A stretch of 64,000 bases of DNA, taken from NCBI RefSeq assembly GCF_006345805.1, contig NC_043001.1:18290001-18354000 (forward strand), in the 5' to 3' direction. Positions 47,940 through 61,048 of this stretch are shown piece by piece. Position 1 is the stretch's first letter. Every line of letters begins with the position of its first letter. The DNA is from Octopus sinensis. Lineage: Eukaryota. The position numbers and the translations under genes were made by a program. The notes under the pieces are model-generated. The model saw only the letters and a program-made list of their open reading frames with translations, made no database searches and was not told where the DNA came from.

Positions 47940-50900
47940 CTTGAGTTTATACACAGGCCATCACCTGAGGATGCAGTTTTTGAATTATGTGCAGAAATTA
48001 TATGCGAAAAGTTATTGCTGTTGCTCCCAACGTTACTTTCCATAGGTAATTCATATTTAGCAAGTAAAGATTGAATTTGTGAATCCTCCCTGCTATTATA
48101 AAATTCAAATAAATCCCTGTTAGGATTAAGCGAGGCTGGCAGAGAGTATGGGTATTGATTTTTCGGTGAGACACCAACAGACATTTGTTCACTTGTTATA
48201 CCAATTCTAGTAGGCAATGAGCATGTTAACTGACCATGCTTCACGCTTCTCTCGTAATCTTGCTCAAGATCAGCTGATAACTTATGCAGATCCCTTTTCA
48301 ATGAGTCACTCTCATCTGAACTACTTAGCATTTCAGAAGAGTTTTTGGGTTTAGTTCTGTAGGTGTTTCTCTTCTGTGGCAATGATGGTACTTTTGGTTT
48401 CTGAAATTCTTCTAGAGAGTGAGACCTATTGATTGAACTACGCGGTCTAACAGAAGGATCAGCGTTTAGAGACTGATTTAAAAAGGATGATTTTTGGAAA
48501 CTTTCAGATCTGTGTAATATGGGACTTTGGTATTTATCCAGTATCTTATTAGTTATATTTCCAGAGGAATTATCATTGGAATTTAATTCCGTATGTTGGA
48601 GCATTGTGGGGGAAGCTTTAGGTTTTAAGAATTCATAATCAACACAATCTTCAGAAGTAGCTGAGGGATTTGGCACAGTTTCCTTAAATGTTGACAAATA
48701 TGCTGGTTTGTTTGGCAGATTACTTTTTGAATTGGAGGGGCTATAGTTCTTAGAATTATTTTCCTGGCTTCTCGGAAATGGTTCAGGGTTAACCATATCA
48801 AAGTTATTAAAAGTTTGAGATAAAGATGACTTTGAGAGAAACAACGTCGAATGTTTGGTGTTAGTGTCTTGGCAGCGTTCTTTTGCAGGAGAATCAAAAT
48901 CTGTCATGTTTGACCAATCAAGACATTTACGAACATCATCTTCGGTGAACTTGGTACTGTTTAAACTGTCACAAGTTGGATTCTGGAAAACCTCATTTGT
49001 TTCAGAATTAGGGGAGTTTAACTGATTTCTAATAATATCTTCAGGTCTCTTCAAATCACCTGTAGCATATAATGAGTCTTTACAAGACAAATCAACTGGT
49101 TTTGAATTATTATTCTTGCCATTAACACCTGTAAAGTCATTGTTTGATTTTGAATGAAGGCCAGAAGCCACTAACTGGGAAACATTTGATATTTTAGATG
49201 CTAGACTTGTTGCAACATAATTATCAGGGGCTTTTAAACCTTGAATAAGTGGTTGATTAAAATTCGGTTTCTGCAAGGATTCATTCAAAGAATTTATCTT
49301 CATCGATTCTTTAGAAACATTTTGAACTTTATTTTCAGAATTTGATTTTAGTAATGGATCAAAATAATCAAAACCCTCGGGAGGCTCTACTGAGGCTGTC
49401 TGATTTATTAAAGGACCATTATCGACTTTTTTATCTAACTTTGGCATTATTGTAGAAGACTTATCCTCCATTAGTCTGGGTTCTGTTTCGGTCTCAGATG
49501 AAGAATTTAGTTCAAAACTGGCCTTTGGGAAAAAACCCTCTTTGGGACGAACATTCTGCAGACAACTCATCTTGGGAATATCATAAGAAGATTCCTTAGA
49601 TAATAAACGTTCTACACGTAAACTGAGATCATCTTTTAACTCCAAGCTATCATTTGCTGGTGGCTGATTATAAGGGCTTTGGCTTGAAGAACTATTTGGA
49701 ACGCTGCTGGACTGTGAAGAAGAGAATGATGTTGAATATGATTTGTTCTGTAACTTTTGGTTATCATTCTTGGAAGACCCTGAACATTTAAAAAACTCCT
49801 TAAAAGAGATAACATTTTTCAGAGAAGTATCTTCATTTTGCCAGGAAAGATGAAGGCTTTCAAAGGTTTTCTTCTCCTCCTTAGTGTTAGCCAGAGGCAA
49901 AGGAAGACTAAGTGAAGTGTTTTTCTCACTCGGAGATAAATTCTTAAAATCAAATTTGGACAAATCTGAATTTGGCATCAATCCTGAAGAACCTTGGTTG
50001 TCTTCAGCTGGAAGTCTTGGTTCGTTAAAATCAATCAAATCCTTATCTGAATGAGTGAAACTATCTTCAATGGACAAATTCTTCAATGGGCTCCAGTTAT
50101 CACTGATTCCCAACTGCTTTTTTTCTATGCTCAGGTTCTCATTGAGATCATGCTGGAGATCTATAAGATCTTGCTTCAGTTGACTGAAACTTGTGTCTTG
50201 ACTTTTTGCAGAGGCACCATCAGTTATTTCTGAGTTTTTGTTGGAATTCACGGATGTGTTAGCATAAAGCAAAGAGGACGTATGTTTGTCATGAGACGAC
50301 TGGCGCAGGACATCTGACTTGCAATGAGCCGAGGCTGAAGTTTTACTTTCTAGATAAGCTGTACGAGAGAGTAGATTATTTACTTGCCTTCCAAGTGAAT
50401 CCGAATCTTGAGAACCATCATAATCAAACAGCCTACTTGAGTTGCTATCATACTGTGTAGTATAATCTTTACTTGATGACGATGATAAAGTAATGTTTGG
50501 GAAATTCCCAGACAAAGCAGCAGATGTAGAAATCAGCCTCTTCTGTTTGTAATTAGTTTTGTGAAGCAAAACTTCAGAAGTTTTCTCTTGTTGAGCTGAG
50601 TTACTTGAATGGCTTCTTGATGCCAGATTAGTTTCAAGGAAGGAATTAGATAAATCTACAGAAGTGACATTTTCATTTTGTTTACAACATTCCTTTTTAG
50701 CGGGGCTTATTTTGCCTTGCTTATGTGTATAAGAAGAATTCATATTTTGAAAACTAGCAGAGTTTGTTCGTGGTGGAGTGACAATTCCTTCTGAGCTGGG
50801 CATTGTTCCTCGGCCTGACTCAGTCAAAATGTTAGATAATCTGGAGTCATTCTTCTCTCCGGAAACAGCATGCGTTTGTTTAGAAGTATCGGTATTGACA

Positions 50901-52912
50901 ACAGAATGTGGAGAATATGAAGAATGTGTCTGATTAGAATCATCTGAAATGTCTTTAGAGTATGATTCCACAAGTTTTGAAGCCATTCGTATAAGTTCAT
51001 CGGTGTCATCTTCTTCCGTATCTACATTTCCAGAGCTATCTTTTGGTTGTAAAAGAGAAGTCAATGAAGATTTTGGCTGCCTTAGACTACTGGTAGAATT
51101 TAAAATAGAAGATTCTCCAGAGAAAATATTCCCATCAAAATTTGAAGGAGTCTGCTGAGTTAAATTGGCTGAAATTTTGAAAGAAGAATTTTCTGAACCG
51201 TAAATGAATCGCTCAGACGTATCATTTAAACCTCTTTCAAGTGGTTCACTATTTTGTAGAAACCTTCTAGTTACAGAGTCCTCGTTTTCTAATTCTTTAG
51301 AGGATCTAGACTCCAAGAGTTGTTTATTTAAATCAATAGATGCTCTTATTCGATCCACCTGGTTCGATATTACTGCAAAGCTTTTCGTTAAACCACTGAT
51401 ATCATCAAAAGTGGCATGATTGTTAACATTCAAGCTGTCTAAAGACTGGGAAATGATGTTTGATTTATCTACAGATTTTGAAATATCATCTGTGCTACCC
51501 TGAATATCTGGATTTGGTCTTGTAAAATCTTTAGCTTCAATAAGCTCAGGTTCGGTAGTGGTTCTAAACCTATTAGCATTAGTACTGTACAGTAAATTAT
51601 CAGCATTTGGTAACTGTGCACTATCTACTTCCTCTGAAATATTTTCTGTTTGGTCTGATTCTAAATCAGATATCTTCTTCTTTGCTCTGTAAGTATATCT
51701 GGATTTCTTAATCCTGCCGCTCTTAGCTTCTCGTTCTAGAAATTCAGAATCGGCTCCAGTTGGAAGTAATCGTTCCTGTTCTGCAATAGGCAAGGAATAA
51801 TCAAAATCTCTTTTTAATGTTTGGCTGTTTGTTGGTTCCTCATCACTGTCGCTAAAAGACAGGTGAACCGCTCCTGGATTCAAGCTCTGTCCATTGGACT
51901 CAGATCCAACTGGTGCAGAATTCTCTCTTATACATGGATCGAATACACTTCTGCGAGTCATTGAAACTTTATTACTTGCTGAAAAGACTGTGTTGTTACT
52001 ACTCTGGCCTTCAAGTAACAAGAAACGATCTCTACTTTCACTGTAACTCTCAAGTGCAAAAAGGCTTCCTGCGTTTTCTTGAGCATCAACCAAATCTTCA
52101 TCAATTTTCTCATTATCTTTGACAGTATTTGATGTCAATGGTAACAACTTTAAACGATCATTAACAGACATATAATCTGTTACTGAAGACAAATTGCTAC
52201 CGAGTCCTGTGGCATTAGTTGAACTAGCATCGCTCCTTGCTGCATCAGCTGCATTGGTGGGAATCTCATTGTTGCCATCAAGATGATCATCCTTAATCTG
52301 GTACTGGATCTTTTGGTCTGTCAAAGAATCAATTATAACTGGGTTTAACGAGCTGGTGATGTCGTCTTTCATTTTACGACTGATTACTGTCTGATTTGTT
52401 ACTTCGTTAGCTTTTGTAGTTGTTGATATTGGGGCAGATAAAGATCGATGTGACTTTGAAAGGTCTTGTCCCACAGGTTCTGTTCGAACTAACAAGACTG
52501 GATCAAAGAGTGATGGGAGAGAATTCCTGTGATTAGGGGGCAGGTTCAACAAATCAGTTTTGTCACCTTGTAAATTTGAAAGTTTCATTTCAAAAGAGGA
52601 AACCTGCATTTGCATTGACTTGGTACTCGGATACGGAAATTGTAAAGATGTTGGTTCTTTGGTAAGAGGGTTCGAGCCAATGCCTTGCAGACGTACATCC
52701 TTTGCAGTGGCTCCAAGTTCATTATTGGAACAATTATTGTTGCTTTGCTCATTAAGATGCTCATTGAAGTTTGGTGGTCTGGACGTGTCAAGTGTCAAAG
52801 AATTCCTTGTTTTAGTTGGTTTCTGCAAAATAGAGTTTTCATTTGATTTTAATGTATTAATTGTTGCTTCGTCAGTGGATTCTATTGTGTATTGGGTTAG
52901 ATTTCCAGTTTT
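47940..52912 (-). CDS. ALMS1: ALMS1-like, exon 3 (4973 bp, Ser/Asn/Asp-rich, likely disordered)
   Basis: Polypyrimidine tract then tttcag|AAA ... TCAAG|gtaaga, phase 0 to 2. Lies within the 1747-aa ORF. Confidence 0.9.
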
Positions 52913-54249
52913 CTGAAAGAAAAAAGAAAAAGAGAAAGGTATAAAAAGAATTAAATACTGGCTCAATATCCAATAAGTTATAGGAAAAACACCCCCAAAC
53001 CTCAGAAGACAGTAACCTCTAACTGGCTTTCGTGCAAGTGGCACATAAATAACACCAACTGATTGTGGCCATTGCCAGTACACCCTGACTGGACCCAGAG
53101 ACGGTGGCATGTAAAGAGCACTATCCAAACGTGATCGATGCCGGCCTGCCTGACTGACTCCTGTACCGGTGGCACACAAAAAGCACCCACTACACTCTCG
53201 GAGTGGTTGGCGTTAAGAAGGGCATCCAGCTGTAGAAACATTGTCAGATCAGATTGGAGCCTGGTGCAGCTGCTGACTCTCCAGACCTCAGTCAAACCAT
53301 CCAACCCATGCCAGCATGGAAAACGGACGTTAAATGATGATGATGAATGAAGGCTTCATCACTCCATTTGGTGAATGTCTATCCTGATTATTCATTTTAT
53401 GCCCATTTACAGACGAAAGATTGATCTTTGTTTAGTAGACAACATTTATATAACTAAATACAATGTCAATGACAGAAGACAAAAGATTAAATCTAATTAA
53501 AGACAAATACAAGAAAAATACATTGTAAATGATGGTGCTAGACTATGGCGATGAGAGTATTGCTGGAATGCAGGCCAAATAGTTTTGAGTTTGATTCGAA
53601 TCTCATTTCATTGGGACCTGCTTGCTTGGCTTAAACCCTTTTAACACCAATCTCCTGTTTGTGATCAGCCATATAAAGTGTTCATACTTGGATTAAAATT
53701 CCTATCAAAACCCCGTTTCAACATGAATGGTAACATATAATTTCAAATGGACAATGTCAGCATAGAGAAAGCAAAGGAACCTCTACACAGTTGCACAAAC
53801 AGCTTGAAACAGTGACCAAAATCTCCCTCCAAACACTAAACAGCACATTCATCATCACCCTTGTTTTAATATCCATTTTTCCATGCTTGCATGGGTCAGA
53901 CAGAATTCATTCAGTTAGATTTTCTATGGCTGGATGCTCTTCCTGTCACCAATCTTCAACTGTTCTCAAGCAAGATAATATTTCTCCATGGCCAGACAGG
54001 CTTTCATGCAAGATTGGAAATGAACGACATTGCATATGCAACGTTGAGGCTCATTTATATATATATATAGTACAAAGTAAGATAGGGGTTATGGCTGTAG
54101 CCCACTATGGGATATCAATTATCCAATATACTGTTGGTAAAGTACCCAAATTCTTAATACACACATGTTTTTAATTGCAATGCAATTAATTCATTTATTG
54201 TATTAAACAAGTGAAGGTAAAGAAATATTTTTACCATAAATTTATAATA

Positions 54250-54417
54250 CAAATAAGAAAATGGAGAAACAAATTCAGTTTGTTCATCAACTTACGGATA
54301 TTATAATTTTAGATTATTTATTCATTTTACAAATGAGAACATTGAATAAATAATCTAACATTATAATATCCGAAAGTTGATGAACAAACTGAATTTGTTT
54401 CTCCATTTTCTTATTTG
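54250..54417. mobile_element. TA-flanked hairpin MITE (168 bp, ~75-bp arms)
   Basis: Near-perfect inverted repeat CAAATAAGAAAATGGAGAAAC...GTTTCTCCATTTTCTTATTTG with TA on each side. Confidence 0.75.
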
Positions 54418-56069
54418 TATATCATCATCATCATCGTTTAACGTCCGTTCTCCATATATATCTATATTATGTGAGTGACCAGACTATCAAATATTATATA
54501 TCACTGGTCACAATGTGCTTTGCATTGTTGTAGCTTTTGAATGATGCCACCCTGCTGGCTAGGCAAGCAGGCCATGTGTATGTGTGTGTCACTGTCCCTT
54601 TGTTACCCTCTAACCTTTCATCCTCTGACACAAGTTCCCTTCCTCAAACGCCCCTGCCCCTCTCATAATTCCTTGTCTTGCAAGTTACTCAGTTACCCTG
54701 CCAGTGTCGGTGCCATGTTAAAAGCATCCAGTCCATACTGTAACGTGGTTGGCATTTGGAAGGGCATCCAACTGTAAAAATCATGCCAAAACTAACCTCA
54801 CCCGTGCTAAAATCCCTGCCAAAACAAACACAGTAGCCTAGGGTAGTTTTTCTATCTGGCCAACTCCTGTCAACTGTCCTACCCATGGATGCATGGAAGA
54901 TGGACGTTCAATCCTCAATCCTGTTCTCACCACCCAGTTCCTCTGTTTCATTGCTATGGGTAACCATGTATTTCCTTTGCGGCATCGTACCTGTTTCTCT
55001 CTTCATTCTTGATCTCTCTCTCTCTGGTTGAGTAACTTTGTACTTCCTCTACAGCAAGACACCTGTTTCTGTCTCACTATAACCTTTCATCATCTGACAC
55101 AAGATCACCTCCTCTAATGCCCCCTCCCCTCTCAAAAAATTTTTCTCTTGCAGGTTACTTGGTGACCCTGTCAGTGCAGGTGCCACTTAAAAAGCATCCA
55201 GTCCACACTGTAAAGTGGTTGGCATTTGGAAGGACATTCAGTTGTAAAAAACCTACCAAAACTGACCTTGCCTGTGCCACATAAAAAGCACTAAGTCCAC
55301 TCTGCTGAGTGGTGGGTATTAGGAAGGGTATCCAGCAGTAAAAATCCTGTCAAAAGTCACAGAAATCTAGTGCAGGCTTCTGTAAGACGGGCTCCTGTCA
55401 AACAGGTCCACCCAAGGCAGACATTAAATGATGATGATGATGATCATCGTTTAATGTCTGCTTTCCATGCTGTCATGAGTTGGACAGTTTGAATGAGGGC
55501 TGGCAAGCCAGAAGGCTGCACCAAGCTCCAATCTGATCTGGCAAAGTTTCCACAGATGGATGCCCTTCCTAACACCAATCACTCCAAGAGTGTAGTGGGT
55601 GCTTTTTACGTGCCACCAGCACAGGAGCCAGTCAGGCAGCACTGGCAACGACCATACTCAAATGGTACATTTTATGTGCCACCGGCATGGAACCAGTCAG
55701 TCAGCACTGGCATTGACCATGCTTGAACGGGCTTTTTACGTGTCACCTGCACAGGAGCCAGTCAGGTGGCACTGGCAATGATCACACTCAAATGGTGCTT
55801 CTGATGTGCCACCAGCATGGGACCAGTTAGGTGGCACTGGCATCGGCCACATTTGAATGGTGCTTTCTACGTGCTACCAGCACAGGTGCCAATCAAGCGG
55901 TACTGTCATCGGCCACGACAATGACTTCACTTGACTCAATAGGTCTTTGTAAGTGCAGTTTATTACCCAATGATTGAAGGGTATTCTTAAACAGGCTGGT
56001 TATGTTGCACTGGCATAGGACATGGTTACGGTCTCACTTGGTTTGATACAGGGTTATTTCCTGGCACCT

Positions 56070-56325
56070 GTGCTGGTGGCATGTGTAAAAAGGTTCGATC
56101 GAGGTCATTGCCAGTACCAGCTGACTGGCCCCCGTGCCGGTGGCATGTAAAAAGCACCCACTACACTCTCGGACTGGTTGGCGTTAGGAATGGCATCCAG
56201 CTGTAGAAACTCTGCCAGATCAAGATTGGAGCCTGGTGCAGCCATCTGGTTCGCCAGTCCTCAGTCAAAATCGTCCAACCCATGCTAGCATGGAAAGTGG
56301 ACGTTAAACGATGATGATGATGATG
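56070..56325 (+). mobile_element. Family-C non-autonomous retroelement (VNTR + conserved 3' module + (GAT)n tail), representative copy
   Basis: GGCACGTAAAAAGCACCC...TTAGGAAGGGCATCCAGCTGTAGAAAC...GGACGTTAAACGATGATGAT. More than 15 copies occur in both orientations, e.g. 11230-11462, 24600-24930, 25375-25810, 29210-29730, 40845-41220 and 53140-53345. Confidence 0.8.
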
Positions 56326-56561
56326 AACACTTTATATATATATATATAAATACATATATGACAGGTTTCTTTCAGTTTCCAAGTCCCAAATCCACGCCCA
56401 AGGCTTTCAATGGCCTGAGGCTATTGTAAAAGCACTTGCTGAAGGTGCCACACAGCCGTATGGTGGGACTGAACCTGAAACCATATGGTTGGGAAACCAA
56501 CTTCTTAATCACACAGCTAAGCATGAGTATCAATGGAATGATATGAACAGAAACTTCTTAC

Positions 56562-56771
56562 CTCAAATGTCTGAACTGGCTCAGTGTTTGCAGATTTAAT
56601 TGGAGAGAGAATCTGGCCGTAACTGTTAAATAATACTCTTGAGAGCAGAGGCAGATCTTTTTGCTTTTGTGTGCTGCCGATAAATGTTGATGTTGCCAGA
56701 TTGGTAGTGCCTTGAGAGGCATTGCTATTCTCATTCCATTCTGAAGATTCCTCTAAGAGCGTGAACCAAGT
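56562..56771 (-). CDS. ALMS1: ALMS1-like, exon 2 (70 aa)
   Basis: ttttttttcag|ACT ... GAG|gtaaga, phase 0 to 0. Confidence 0.8.
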
Positions 56772-56970
56772 CTGAAAAAAAAGAAAAACACACTTTGTAT
56801 TACATTTAGGTGTAGGAGTGGCTGTGTGGTAAGTAGCTTGCTTACCGACCACATGGTTCTGGGTTCAGCCCAATGCGTGGCACCTTGGGCAAGTGTCTTC
56901 TACTATAGCCTTGGGACGACCAAATCCTTGTGAGTGGATTTGGTAGACGGAAACTGAAAGAAGCCCATCG

Positions 56971-57015
<45 letters not shown>

Positions 57016-57925
57016 TTGTCCCCCTAGCATTGCCTGACAACCGATGCTGGTGTATTTACTTCCCAGTAACTTAAGCCGTTTGGCAAAGGAGACCGATAGA
57101 ATAAGTACTAGGCTTACAAAGAATAAGTCCTGGAGGTCGATTTGCTTGACTAAAGGTGGTGCTCCAGCATGGCCACAGTCAAATGACTGAAACAAGTAAA
57201 AGGGTAAAAGAGTATAGAGAAGAGGACACTGCCGAAAGCAGTAACATCTTAGTAAAACTGACAAATATAAAAATGAAGATGGCCACTTAGCAGTACGATT
57301 AGAGTAATTGACAAAGGCTCTACTCTATTCGTTCCAGCTCTTTACATACTGAGTTCAAATCTTATCAACTTAGCCTCTCATTTTTCCAGAGCTTGGTAAC
57401 AATGAAATATCACTCGGTTACTGAGGAACTTCATCTACTGATCTTTCAAGGGCCGTTACTTTCGACTGTATAGCGGCGAGCTGGCAGAAACATTAGCATG
57501 CCGGGCGAAATGCTTTGCGGTATTTCATCTGCTGATACGTTCTTGGTTCAAATTCCGCCGAGGTCGACTTTGCCTTTCATTCTTTCAGGGTCGATAAATT
57601 AAGTACCAGTTACGCACTGGGGTCGATGTAATCGACTTAATCCGTTTGTCTGTCCTTGTTTGTCCATTCAGTGTTTAGCCCCTTGTGGGTAGTAAAGAAA
57701 TAGGTATTTCATCTGCTGATATGTTCTGGGTTCAAATTCCGCTGAGGTCGACTTTGCCTTTCATCCTTTCGGGGTCGATTAATCACACTGGGGTCGATGT
57801 AATCGACTTAACCTGTTTGTCCCCTCTGTGTTTAGCCCCTTGTGAGTAGTAAAGAAATATATATAGCAGAAGAAAAGTATGGTCTCCGAAGCTGTGGCAG
57901 AGCATGACAACTAATTATGGAGTTT

Positions 57926-58058
57926 TTTGTCCTCATCTTGTTAACACACTGTTTCGGCTGATTTACCCTCCAGCCTTCATCACGGTGTATATCAGCCGAA
58001 ATGTTGTGTTAACAACAAACAAGATGAGGACAAATATCCGTCAAATGTAAATAATGTA
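57926..58058. mobile_element. Short inverted pair of the hammerhead-bearing tail, with ~17-bp TSD
   Basis: Direct repeat AACTAATTATG(G/A)AGTTT at 57909-57925 and 58059-58075. Both arms are homologous to 46920-47010. Confidence 0.75.
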
Positions 58059-58130
58059 AACTAATTATGAAGTTTCGATTTTATAATGGGTCATTAAGCG
58101 ACACATCTTTCACTCAGATTATTTTTTGGG

Positions 58131-58816
58131 GGCATTCTTTCGATATAACTCGACAAAATCAATTATCAGCGTAGGAGTGGCTGTGTGGTAAGTAGCTTGC
58201 TTACCAACCACATGGTTCCGGGTTCAGTCCCACTGCGTGGCACCTTGGGCAAGTGTCTTCTGCTATAGCCTCGGGCCGACCAAACCCTTGTGAGTGAATT
58301 TGGTAGACGGAAACTGAAAGAAGCCCGTCGTATATATGTATGTGTGTGTATATGTTTGTGTGTCTGTGTTTGTCCCCCCCCCCCAACATCGCTTGACAAC
58401 CGATGCTGGGGTGTTTAGGCCCTCCCCCCGTAACTGAGCGGTTCGGCAAAAGAGACTGATAGAATAAGTATTAGGCTTACAAAGAATAAGTTCTGGGGTC
58501 GATTTGCTCGACTAAAGGCGGTGCTCCAGCATGGCCACAGTGAAATGACTGAAACAAGTAAAAGAGTAAAATCAAACACTTCACTTCGGGTATTTCCGTG
58601 GAAGCAAATGACAGTTCGATTCTGTTTTCTGTTTGGAAATTTGCAGATTTTACATACACACATGTAACAGGTAAGAACAAATATGCAAGGCTTTTTTTTC
58701 TTCAAGTTTAAAATGAGACATTGCTGGCATAATTTCGTTATATCTATAGTCCACAACCCACGGAAATATCCGAAGTGAAATGTTTTGATTTTGTCGAACT
58801 ATATCGAAGGAATGCC
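58131..58816. mobile_element. MITE with ~55-bp TIRs, split by a SINE insertion
   Basis: TIR GGCATTCTTTCGATATAACTCGACAAAATCAA. The body is an inverted homologue of 61796-62198. Confidence 0.8.
58163..58567 (+). mobile_element. tRNA-derived SINE (family A, CORE-like TGGCACCTTGGGCAAGTG motif), full length, nested in a MITE
   Basis: TSD AAAATCAA at 58155-58162 and 58568-58575, with an internal TA/TG microsatellite. Other copies include 23015-23405 (-), 23894-24305, 31645-32040 and 56809-57210. Confidence 0.85.
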
Positions 58817-59692
58817 TTTTTTTTTTAATTACTGAAGACAGGACCAGTGAATTCATTTGCACCACATTGCTACTAATGATGTTAATTAGTGCTTTCTGAG
58901 CAGATAAGAGGGCTCTACAAGATGGTCGAACCACACCCTGCAGTCCTATAAAAGAAAATGCAGAGCCCGAGTAGACAATTGAAATACAGATGATCATAAC
59001 TAGAGTTCCCTCTATAATAATTTCGATCGATCAGAACTGATATAAGGACGGAACGGCAACAACAATTGTCGTCAGGCCTTGAGGAGGATAAATGCAGAAA
59101 TTGTTTTACTTGCCAGAATATGAAGATGATATAATTATGAGATGCCAGTTAACTCAACCGGGTCACAAATAGTATATAATTACATGCATTCGTCTATGGT
59201 GCTCCTACAGAAACAGACACACATCATAATCCAGACATTTTTGTTTAGTTTTTAGATTGACATGGCAACATTAGTTTGTTTTGGTTATTATCGAGTTAAG
59301 GCTAGGTGACACTAAATTTGATAGAATCGGAAAATAAACGAGGAAATAGGCATCACTGAAGACACAAGCAATAAAATATTGAATAATTTGATAACGGTTG
59401 ATATTAAATAATTAAGAAAGGAACAGTAACAGCAAAGAATTATCAGATATTCTTAAAATTTGATTCCCTTGCTAATCACGACGATAAAGTTGCACTCTGT
59501 GACATAACCAGCTACAACAGCAAAGTTCCTGACATCGGCATAAACCTGAAGTAGTAGAAAAATTAAGAAAATTCATGCTTTTTATATCGTTATTAAAGCG
59601 AAATATTCTTTTCAGAAAGTGATTTTGGATTATGGATTTAGTTTACACAACATCAAGTACTCATCAGATAGAATTTAAGAAAAATAATAATA

Positions 59693-59833
59693 TTAGGTTG
59701 TCCCAAAAGTTCGTAAACACTTGCGAAAATTGAATTTTTACTCGCCAAGTACTAACAAAAACAACCAAAATTATTCCTCAAAATAAAGACCATTATTTTC
59801 CAAGACTTTCTACGAACTTTTGGGACAACCTTA
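59693..59833. mobile_element. Mariner-derived MITE (141 bp)
   Basis: TIRs TTAGGTTGTCCCAAAAGTTCGTA / TACGAACTTTTGGGACAACCTTA with a TA duplication. Confidence 0.85.
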
Positions 59834-60835
59834 TAGTAAAGAAAGAAAAAATTAATAGTAAAGATACTTTTCCCCTTTGAATGGGTAGAAAGGGGACATT
59901 CAAATTTTGACTACATAACTCAATCACAAGATTACAAGATTTCGTAATGTATTCGCAAAACGAACGAAGGGAGAAACCAGGACACGAACGCGGATCGCCA
60001 GGGAATCACATCAATTCATCCTTTGTAGACAAGAATGTGAAAACCTCTGCCTACGACGAACTGTAGACCCTTTTTTCTCGGGGACTTGGCAACAAGGGAG
60101 TTTAAAGCTGTGTAATAAACAGACTACAGAAGGCAAACACTATTGTGTAGTGTGTTCCTATAAAAGAACCATAGATGCGAGAGAAATTATAAACAGAGGA
60201 AAATTATGGAATAAAAATAAAATTAGAATCCAGAAAGAAAAATTATTATTGTGTGCTTACGTCCCCGTCACTTAGCGGTTCGGCAAAAGAGACCGATAGA
60301 ATAAGTACTGGGCTTACAAAAGAATAAGTCCTGGGGTTCGATTTGCTCGACTAAAGGCGGTGTTCCAGCATGGCCGCAGTCAAATGACTGAAACAAGTAA
60401 AAGAGAGCAAAAAGAGAGTATTGTAAACTGCAGAAGAGGAGAGAAAAAAAAGGGGGATTTTAAACGACTTACGCCTGTGATGGAAGGGTTAATTAATATG
60501 GTAAGGAATCTTTTTAGAAAATAAGATTCTAAGTGAAGTCTTTGGTAACAAGTCTAGACACCACAGCAGAAACGGGAAAAAACTAATGAATGTTAAACAT
60601 CAAGAGTTGGCCGTCGACTTTGTGATGAAAACCGTTGGACGACGAGTTCCGACATGTCCCGATGCTTTGCCCAAACTCTCAACAGTAAAACCATTGACTA
60701 AAATCAAATCCAAGCTTTTGATGTTTAAATCGAAAGTGTGATGTACAAGAAAACCGAGAAATCAACGGCAAAATAAGGAAAGAGAGAAGGCTTGTCGAGA
60801 TGCAAGGCGTTATTGTCAACAAGTAAAGTCTTTAC

Positions 60836-61048
60836 CTGACTACGCTCGTCCATATTTATAACATTCAAGTTTACCTCTCGTTGCTGCGGTACTACTTCCG
60901 GCGGTCGGATTTTCGAATTCAAATTGTTGTTTACTTCCGGATTTTCGAAAGCCATCCGTGTTGGCTCGGATGCAGTTTGAATGGGGCTCGTGGGGTCGGA
61001 GCTTAAGCCATCTCTCTGCTTCGTTTCATTTATCTTGTTGTATCTCAT
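60836..61048 (-). CDS. ALMS1: ALMS1-like, exon 1 (start ATG at 61048, or the in-frame ATG at 60955)
   Basis: Open frame in a CpG-containing region ending CAG|gtaaag (phase 0). The full 15-exon model sums to 8382 nt, or 2793 aa plus stop. Confidence 0.7.

Noticed and set aside
52913-53179. N-terminal part of the 1747-aa ORF
   Set aside because: It lies upstream of a clear polypyrimidine tract and acceptor, and derives from family-C repeat sequence.
58838-58947. Possible exon after a good acceptor in ALMS1 intron 1
   Set aside because: The only open frame starts in phase 1, which does not fit the phase-0 donor of exon 1, and the peptide is not recognisable.
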